Part shown: piece by piece, positions 17,536-24,000 of the stretch
Numbering within the stretch: position 1 is the stretch's first letter
Layout: the number at the start of each line of letters is the position of its first letter
NCBI GenBank assembly: GCA_947474275.1
Contig: CANJHY010000007.1
Span: 12,426-36,425 of the forward strand
Reading direction: 5' to 3'
DNA from: Betaproteobacteria bacterium
Lineage (GTDB): Bacteria; Pseudomonadota; Gammaproteobacteria; Burkholderiales; SG8-41
DNA: 24,000 bases
Made by a program: the position numbers and the translations under genes
The notes under the pieces: model-generated
The model's database searches: none
Told to the model about the DNA's origin: nothing
What the model saw: only the letters and a program-made list of their open reading frames with translations

Positions 17536-18593
17536 TGGCGGAATTCATTTCCCGGTTCGATACGCTGCGCTGGCGCGGCGAACGGCTTGAGATGATAGAT
17601 CAGCGCGTATTGCCGGCCGAAATACGCTATCTGGCATTTGATTCGGCGCTGACGGTGGCGGATGGCATACGCGATATGGTCGTGCGCGGCGCGCCGGCAA
17701 TCGGCTGTGCCGCTGCTTATGGGGTCGCGCTGGACGCATTGCGGCTGCAACAAAAATCGCCTGCCGAATTCAATCGCGATCTGGGCACCGCATTTTGCGC
17801 GCTGGCGGCGAGCCGGCCCACCGCGGTCAATCTGTTCTGGGCGCTTGCGCGCATGCGCCGCGCGTGGGAAGCCTGCCGCGACGCTGCTCCCGCGCAGAGC
17901 GCGCAGCGACTGCTTGAGGAAGCACATGCGATTTTCAAGGATGACGTTGCGGCCAATCGGAGCATGGGCCGGCATGGCGCCGAGCTGATACCGGACGGCG
18001 CCTCGATTCTTACCCACTGCAATGCCGGCGCGCTCGCGACTGCCGGTCACGGCACTGCGCTGGGCGTCATCCGATCGGCCATTGAATCCGGCAAAAAAGT
18101 CAGCGTGATCGCCGACGAGACGCGGCCTTTTCTGCAGGGTGCCAGACTCACTGCGTGGGAACTGATGCAGGACGACATTCCGGTGACGCTGATTGCGGAC
18201 AACGCGGCGGGCCATCTAATGAGCCGCGGCGAAATCGACGTCGTCATTGTCGGCGCGGACCGCATCGCTGCGAACGGGGACGTCGCCAACAAGATCGGCA
18301 CTTACCAGGTCGCGGTGCTGGCGCAGCGCCACCGCATTCCGTTCTATGTCGCCGCGCCACTATCGACCATAGACGCCACGATTGCGAGCGGTGCGGACAT
18401 TCCGATCGAGGAACGCGATGTGGCCGAGGTCCTGGGTTACCGGGACCTGCGTTGGGCGCCGGTTGAAGCCATTGCGCGCAACCCGGTGTTCGACGTGACG
18501 CCGGCGGAACTGGTGACCGCGCTGATTACGGAACGCGGAACCGTGCCGGCGCCGGATGCCGGCAAAATCAGCAAGCTGCTGAACGGCAGCTAA
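17535..18593 (+). CDS. mtnA: S-methyl-5-thioribose-1-phosphate isomerase
   Basis: 352 aa. Motifs: RGAPAIGCAAAYG, THCNAGALATAG, VGADRIAANGDVANKIGTY (eIF-2B alpha/beta/delta-related MtnA). The ATG overlaps the upstream TGA (ATGA-type overlap at 17533-17537). Confidence 0.9.
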   Translation: MAEFISRFDTLRWRGERLEMIDQRVLPAEIRYLAFDSALTVADGIRDMVVRGAPAIGCAAAYGVALDALRLQQKSPAEFNRDLGTAFCALAASRPTAVNLFWALARMRRAWEACRDAAPAQSAQRLLEEAHAIFKDDVAANRSMGRHGAELIPDGASILTHCNAGALATAGHGTALGVIRSAIESGKKVSVIADETRPFLQGARLTAWELMQDDIPVTLIADNAAGHLMSRGEIDVVIVGADRIAANGDVANKIGTYQVAVLAQRHRIPFYVAAPLSTIDATIASGADIPIEERDVAEVLGYRDLRWAPVEAIARNPVFDVTPAELVTALITERGTVPAPDAGKISKLLNGS

Positions 18594-18597
18594 CGCG

Positions 18598-19338
18598 TCA
18601 GATCGTTAATCCGCCGGTGACTTCAAGCACAGCGCCATTGATGTAGCTCGCCTCGTCCGACGCCAGCCATGCAAAAGTATTGGCGATTTCTTCCGGCCGG
18701 CCCAGGCGTCCGAGCGGAACTTTTTCTTCCAGCGCGCGCAAGGCCCGTTCGGGTATCGACTTGAGAATATCGGTAGCGACGAAGCCAGGGCAAACCGCAT
18801 TGGCGCGTATGCCTTTGCGGCCGAGCTCGCGTGCCCAAGTCTTGACCATGCCGATTAAACCCGCTTTGGCTGCCGCGTAATTGGTTTGACCGAAGTTGCC
18901 GGTGATACCGACGAGGGAAGAGGCATTCAAAATAACGCCCGATTGCTGGGCTAGCATGGTATTCACCACCGCTTTGGTGCAATTGAAGACACCTTTCAGA
19001 TTGATTTCGATGACGCGGTCGAACTGGTCTTCGGTCATGTTCTTTAACTGGGCGTCCTGCACTATGCCGGCATTGTTGACCAGGCAATCGACACGGCCCC
19101 ATTTGGCCACCGTGGCGGCCACCATGGCTTCCAGTGCCTTGATGTCGCGCACATCAACGACATAACCCATGGCCTCGCCGCGGGTTTCCTTGCACATATT
19201 GACTGTTTCCTCGATCCATTCGGGATTCAGGTCGCAAACCACGACTTTGGCGCCTTCCGTGGCAAACTTTACGGCGGTGGCCCGTCCTATACCGCGGCCT
19301 GCGCCGGTAATGATCGCTACTTTGTCCTGAAGTCTCAT
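18598..19338 (-). CDS. Short-chain dehydrogenase/reductase, FabG-like (3-oxoacyl-ACP reductase family)
   Basis: 246 aa. Motifs: TGAGRGIGRA, NNAG, YAAAKAG. GAGAGG RBS upstream. Confidence 0.85.
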   Translation of the reverse strand: MRLQDKVAIITGAGRGIGRATAVKFATEGAKVVVCDLNPEWIEETVNMCKETRGEAMGYVVDVRDIKALEAMVAATVAKWGRVDCLVNNAGIVQDAQLKNMTEDQFDRVIEINLKGVFNCTKAVVNTMLAQQSGVILNASSLVGITGNFGQTNYAAAKAGLIGMVKTWARELGRKGIRANAVCPGFVATDILKSIPERALRALEEKVPLGRLGRPEEIANTFAWLASDEASYINGAVLEVTGGLTI

Positions 19339-19398
19339 CGACTGCCTCTCGTATCAATTGGAATGCACAGAAACTGCGCTGCAATGCACAAGCCACAT

Positions 19399-19428
19399 GA
19401 TTTTAGTGCACCGCACCATGGTTTCGCA
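19399..19428 (-). promoter_or_regulatory. Candidate sigma70 promoter for the FabG-like gene
   Basis: Minus strand reads TTGCGA (19428-19423), an 18-nt spacer, then TAAAAT (19404-19399), about 60 nt upstream of the ATG. Confidence 0.3.
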
Positions 19429-19517
19429 ATCTCTTGCTACGGTGAGCGCACTATTGATAACGGCAAATTGGGGGTCGCGCTGCAGTGATATCGAGAAAAA
19501 CCGCGATATCCGATCTA

Positions 19518-19537
19518 AATAATTTAATTAAATTATT
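19518..19537. repeat. Perfect 20-bp AT-only palindrome AATAATTTAATTAAATTATT
   Basis: Read directly from the sequence: the first 10 nt are the reverse complement of the last 10. It sits in a roughly 70-nt AT-rich tract between the tadA stop and the FabG-like promoter region. Confidence 0.9.
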
Positions 19538-19579
19538 ATTAATCAACAGTTTAAATTGATATATTAATTTGAACCATAA

Positions 19580-20415
<836 letters not shown>

Positions 20416-20681
20416 TCCTACTCCCGCCGGCTCATCAACGGCGCTTCCAAAGCGTTGACACGTCTGGTAGTTATTTCGGTGCGTATCATTTTTACCTTCA
20501 GACTTACCTTCAATTTCATTTGCTCCCGGAAAACACCTTGCAGCGCGCCGAGCGCTTATTTATTGGCCTGCTGATGCTGTGTCCGACAGGCTGCTGGAGC
20601 TTCACGCATGAAACCATCGTCATCCCTGGGAGTTACCGACAATGAAACAAGCGGAACTATCGCTGCAATCAGCATGCCGCG

Positions 20682-21266
20682 TCAACGTCGGTTTGCCGCT
20701 GGCTTCTGAAACGAGCGTTCGTCAATTTCAGGCTTGCAGCCGACCAGCAGATCGCCATCGCTTTCCGGCACCGGCCGTTTGATGTTTGATCATCGATGGC
20801 TGCGCCAGCCATATTGCGATGGCGGCATCGCTACCGTCCACCTGTTTGTCGCGCTCTGGAAGTTTGCGGAAAGTCGTGCCGGCGCGATTGAGCAGCACCT
20901 CCCAACCAAGCGCTTTGCACCGGCGCTCGGGCCTGGCGCGCTCGACACCAGCATTGCCCTCGCCAAGGTGGCGCGAAACCAGCGCCGTCAGCGCAAATAC
21001 GCCGCCCTCGCCGTGGTTATCGGCGCGCATGACAATCATCACATACTTAACCGCAACAACTAGCAACAGCGCCCAGGTGATCAACGACAGAATGCCGGTC
21101 ACAGCCGGTTCCAAGCTCGCTCCGGCGCCCCCGTTTGACGCTTGAACGGCGACCTTTAAAGCATATAGCGGAGAGGTTCCGATATCGCCGAACACAACGC
21201 TAGCGCACCGACCATCAGAGCGCCCATCGGCTTGGTCGCCTTACCATCGCTACGATGCGCTGACAT
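20682..21266 (-). pseudogene. Chimeric remnant: 5' fragment of K+ uptake transporter kup fused to the 3' two-thirds of a yffB-like paralogue, with extra frameshifts
   Basis: ATG at 21266 gives [22 protein letters not shown]. About 21199-21202 the frame shifts by one nt into [12 protein letters not shown]...[10 protein letters not shown] (Kup N-terminus). From about 20958 the sequence becomes [37 protein letters not shown] (compare yff[38 protein letters not shown]). A 7-bp tandem duplication GTTTGAT GTTTGAT (20777-20790) breaks the frame. Removing one copy restores [22 protein letters not shown] (yffB: PSLIKRPVLDHNGHLLAGFKPE), with a stop at 20682-20684. Confidence 0.8.
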
Positions 21267-21343
21267 TTGTAGCCTAAATCCTATATGTTTGTTATATTGT
21301 CTATATTATATATGTTTTTCTTAATTTTTAATAACCGATACCT

Positions 21344-21913
21344 ATGAATACCAACGAAGCAAGCGAGGCAGCGCAGGAAACAGCCGGCCCCTTCAAGGCA
21401 CGCGCAGCCCTGCTGGTGTCAATACTGGCCATGGTTCTGGCCATCGCCAGCCTCGGCGGTTCGAATTCCGCCAAAGACGCTACCCAACACAACATACTTG
21501 CCGCCAACGCGTATGCGTTTTATCAGGCCAAAAATATACGTCAGACAGCATACAAAATCGCGGCCGACGAACTTGAAGCCAATTTACTGAAATCCGGCAA
21601 TGCGGGCGCGGCGACATTCATGCGCCAAAAGCTTGACGACTACCGCAAGAATGTCACGCGCTATGAATCGGAACCGGAGACCCGGGAGGGGAAAAAAGAG
21701 TTGATGCGCATCGCCAAGGAACATGAACGTGAGCGGGATTTAGCTCTGCGCAAGGATCCGTGGTTCGATTACGCTGGGGCACTGTTGCAAATCGGTATCG
21801 TCCTCGCTTCGGTCGCCATCGTCACGGCAACGCCGGCGCTTCTGTATGGAGCGATTGTGCTGGGCGCCATCGGGGCACTGTCGACGGCAAACGGATTTCT
21901 GCTGCTGCTTTAA
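21344..21913 (+). CDS. DUF4337-family membrane protein
   Basis: 189 aa. N-terminal TM helix (LLVSILAMVLAIASLGG), AFYQAKNIRQ motif, charged coiled middle region, and C-terminal TM pair (LLQIGIVLASVAIV and GAIVLGAIGAL). The architecture matches DUF4337 as I remember it. No obvious SD, and the leader is AT-rich. Confidence 0.7.
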   Translation: MNTNEASEAAQETAGPFKARAALLVSILAMVLAIASLGGSNSAKDATQHNILAANAYAFYQAKNIRQTAYKIAADELEANLLKSGNAGAATFMRQKLDDYRKNVTRYESEPETREGKKELMRIAKEHERERDLALRKDPWFDYAGALLQIGIVLASVAIVTATPALLYGAIVLGAIGALSTANGFLLLL

Positions 21914-22010
21914 GAATGTTCAGATATTCCAAAAATTGCATTTTTGCCCCAAAAACACCGAAACCTTAATCAGTTATTACCCAGGGCAATCCCCTTAAAA
22001 TCAGCTGGCA

Positions 22011-22072
22011 ACTTACATTTACAATTATTTTTGTTTATAATTATAAATATTTTTATATTTCACATTTCAATT
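22011..22072 (+). promoter_or_regulatory. AT-rich promoter region of the response-regulator gene, with a direct repeat and a palindromic -10
   Basis: CTTACA (22011-22016), 18 nt, TATAAT (22035-22040). The TATAAT sits inside a perfect 14-bp palindrome TTTATAATTATAAA (22033-22046). Direct repeat ACATTTACAATTA (22014-22026) and ACATTT-CAATTA (22061-22072). Confidence 0.3.
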
Positions 22073-22087
22073 AAATAAATCATATAA

Positions 22088-22873
22088 ATGCAAACAGCAC
22101 ATCAGCCCGTAAAAACAAAAGCGCGCGTCGCGAAGGGGCACCAACCGCTACCTCACCGGTCTACGGTACGTGCCGCAGTGCTCGAGGATGACGATTCGTT
22201 ACACAAAATTTTCTGTAATGCACTGCAAAAAGAGCAAGTGACAGCCATTCCTTTTGACAGCTATCTGGAAATGGCCATGGCCGTGCGCGCTGGCATGATT
22301 GATATTGCGCTGATCGATCTGGGCATCGGCAATGAAGACGGCATGCAGGTTATCAAAGAAGTACGCGCCCATTCCGCCCTGCCAATTCTGATTGTTTCAG
22401 GCAGAACCGACCCGAAGACGGTTTGCGCGGGACTCGACTGCGGCGCGGACGATTTTTTGCGCAAACCATTTGACGTCTCAGAATTACATGCGCGTATCCG
22501 CGGCATGGTGAGACGGGCAACGGCCACCCCGGTTGCCACCGAGAAATCTTCCTCGATAACGCCCGTCGTGATTGACGGCGTAACCATCGACTTGACCGTG
22601 GGCGTCGCAGAGATTTTCCCTCTCAAATGCCATTTTACCGACCGCGAATGCCATATCCTGCAGATTCTCCTGAAGACGCCGGGCAAAGCGGTGTCCCGCG
22701 AAAGCATATCCCGCATCATTTTCGGCAAAGGCTGGGCCCCGAACACCCGCATTCTGGATGTCCATGTCTCCAATATCCGCACAAAACTGAAGAGCATAGG
22801 CGCCTCCCCGCGAATCATCAGAACGCGGCGCAACAGCGGCTATGTCATCAACGCCAACGTCGCCGCCAAATAA
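22088..22873 (+). CDS. OmpR/PhoB-family response regulator (receiver + winged-helix), orphan, with a roughly 28-aa N-terminal extension
   Basis: Receiver: VLEDDD acidic pocket, IALIDLGIG (phospho-acceptor Asp), ILIVSGR, DDFLRKPF. C-terminal Trans_reg_C-like LDVHVSNIRTKL...GYV. No histidine kinase gene on either side. No SD before the ATG at 22088, so the start is uncertain. Confidence 0.8.
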   Translation: MQTAHQPVKTKARVAKGHQPLPHRSTVRAAVLEDDDSLHKIFCNALQKEQVTAIPFDSYLEMAMAVRAGMIDIALIDLGIGNEDGMQVIKEVRAHSALPILIVSGRTDPKTVCAGLDCGADDFLRKPFDVSELHARIRGMVRRATATPVATEKSSSITPVVIDGVTIDLTVGVAEIFPLKCHFTDRECHILQILLKTPGKAVSRESISRIIFGKGWAPNTRILDVHVSNIRTKLKSIGASPRIIRTRRNSGYVINANVAAK

Positions 22874-22917
22874 AAATCCCGGCAACGCTGCTTAACCCGC
22901 GCGTCTGAGAACCACTG

Positions 22918-23652
22918 TTACGGGCCTGCCTGCCACCCCGCTTCGACCACATGCAAGCGCCGGGGATTGATATGCCAAGGCAGGTAAAGGCATTTTGCAT
23001 CTTCCGGCAGAAGATGCCCGGTGAGGTGGTCGAGCCAGATCCCGTCACCACCAAAACGGTGCGCCAGTGCCGACGACGAAAGGCTGCACTGCGTAGTGAC
23101 GGTCGATGGCGCAGACCGGCCCGCCGCCCAATCGACTGAAAGCCGGTCATGGAACGACGCCCACCCCCTGCCCTGAAGGCGTTGACGCAACCAATTCAAA
23201 TCGGCTTCGGCGGCAGCCACATCCGCGCAATACAGCCGGTGCTGGCCCAGCATATTGCCGAATAAAATGGCGTGATCCGGATGCGCCTGCAACAAACTAT
23301 CCAGCGATCCGAATATGTCCGCACGCTGCCATGAAAGACTTACCCCCGCCCGGCGCAAACGCGCCCCGTGAAGCCGCCCAAACAACCACGGCGCGAGCGG
23401 ATCCAGATCGACTGCGTGTATTTGCCTGAAGCCCGCGAGGAAATCCGACGGCAAACACCAACCGGCGCTTGGCCCGAGCAAAAGCAGTTCACCGCGGCCA
23501 TGCGGCCAGTCTGCAAGCCAATCGGCTATCCGGCCCCGGAATGCCCCCCAGTATTGGCGATTGCGCAGGGCGCGCATATGCCAGACCACGCCGCCGCCCG
23601 GACTCATCCATCCGCGCCGCAAAATCTCTGGCCTTGCCCCTAATTCATGCAT
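22918..23652 (-). CDS. Hypothetical protein, possibly a Rossmann-like class I methyltransferase/spermidine-synthase-like fold
   Basis: 244-aa ORF. LLLLGPSAGW...IHAVDLDP...ADIFGSL...HAILFGNMLGQ loosely follows the order of MTase motifs I, post-I, II and III, but there is no canonical GxGxG. Trp/Arg-rich. No family recognised. Confidence 0.45.
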   Translation of the reverse strand: MHELGARPEILRRGWMSPGGGVVWHMRALRNRQYWGAFRGRIADWLADWPHGRGELLLLGPSAGWCLPSDFLAGFRQIHAVDLDPLAPWLFGRLHGARLRRAGVSLSWQRADIFGSLDSLLQAHPDHAILFGNMLGQHRLYCADVAAAEADLNWLRQRLQGRGWASFHDRLSVDWAAGRSAPSTVTTQCSLSSSALAHRFGGDGIWLDHLTGHLLPEDAKCLYLPWHINPRRLHVVEAGWQAGP

Positions 23653-23769
23653 GACGTCGTCGGAATATAGCGGCGGACATTAATTTCGCGCTGACAGATA
23701 ATCCACCGCGGTTGCGGCGTCTTGCCTATAGCGGCTGGCGGTGACGGTCCATCAGAAAAAAACTGCGCA

Positions 23770-24000
23770 TCAGAACGGCGCTTTGGCAAATTTTCCACAG
23801 TAGCCGGACATCAACTCCAGAGTGCGGCCGTCCTGCAGATTCAACGATTGACGAAACTCGCCGGTTGCCCTGTTCAGCGTGAACTCTTCGCCGGTAACCA
23901 TGACCCCGAAGCGTTGAAACATGGCGGGCCGGCGCACATGCAACACAGAACCCTCGGTGCTGAGGGTTCCCTTGCGGGTTTCAGAAATCGTAAACTGGCC
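23770..24000 (-). CDS. Hypothetical protein, C-terminal 76 codons only (5' end outside window)
   Basis: Hand translation of the minus strand gives an open frame running from the window edge to TGA at 23772-23770: ...QFTISETRKGTLSTEGSVLHVRRPAMFQRFGVMVTGEEFTLNRATGEFRQSLNLQDGRTLELMSGYCGKFAKAPF*. It is absent from the ORF track because the longest Met-initiated part is under 60 aa. No family recognised. Confidence 0.3.
   Translation of the reverse strand, partial: GQFTISETRKGTLSTEGSVLHVRRPAMFQRFGVMVTGEEFTLNRATGEFRQSLNLQDGRTLELMSGYCGKFAKAPF

Noticed and set aside
17373-18215. 280-aa ORF antisense to mtnA. Similar long shadow ORFs: 8282-9169 (+, 295 aa), 8151-8930 (-, 259 aa, alternative frame of the ALDH), 3004-3645 and 3646-4275 (+, antisense to pckG), 13733-14380 (-), 730-1356 (-), 56-730 (-).
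   Set aside because: All are nested in or opposite to genes with strong motif support. Their translations are Arg/Ala/Gly/Pro-rich low-complexity strings, as expected from stop-poor off-frames in high-GC DNA. None has an RBS or a recognisable motif.
19487-19510. GATATCG/CGATATC hairpin considered as the tadA terminator.
   Set aside because: The stem is only 7 bp and AT-rich, and the T-run lies in the loop rather than after the stem. It is kept only as a possible protein-binding inverted repeat (see findings).

Overview
High-GC, densely coding chromosomal segment. Gene content (a Bug/TctC-family binding protein, GTP-type PEPCK, the ygfZ/ygfX neighbourhood) suggests a betaproteobacterium of Burkholderiales type; this is inference, since no search was possible. 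I support about 25 protein-coding genes, one chimeric pseudogene and a few hairpin or promoter candidates. I saw no rRNA, tRNA, CRISPR array, transposase, integrase or phage gene. Layout: (1) 1-2253, an operon of a two-component flavin monooxygenase, its flavin reductase and an FAH-family hydrolase. (2) pckG on the minus strand with a clean intrinsic terminator. (3) A YfcG-like GST divergent from a second FAH-family gene, which converges on an aldehyde dehydrogenase -> Bug binding protein pair. (4) A minus-strand run from 13054 down to 9347: two HPD-less J-like proteins, a YgfX/CptA-like membrane protein, a cytoplasmic LVIVD-repeat beta-propeller and a COG0523 metallochaperone GTPase. (5) ygfZ followed by an NRDE/TANGO2-like gene, then a GNAT. 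(6) A class II aldolase-SDR fusion translationally coupled to mtnA. (7) A FabG-like SDR, tadA and yffB. (8) A visibly lower-GC tail (about 20.4-23.8 kb) with very AT-rich spacers, holding a kup::yffB-like chimeric pseudogene, a DUF4337 membrane protein, an orphan OmpR-family response regulator and an uncharacterised Rossmann/methyltransferase-like protein. The best candidates for undescribed biology are the aldolase-SDR/MtnA module (possible fused DHAP-shunt variant), the LVIVD propeller/COG0523 pair, and the J-like/J-like/YgfX cluster that sits where SdhE sits in E. coli. All family calls rest on motifs read from the translations, not on database searches.
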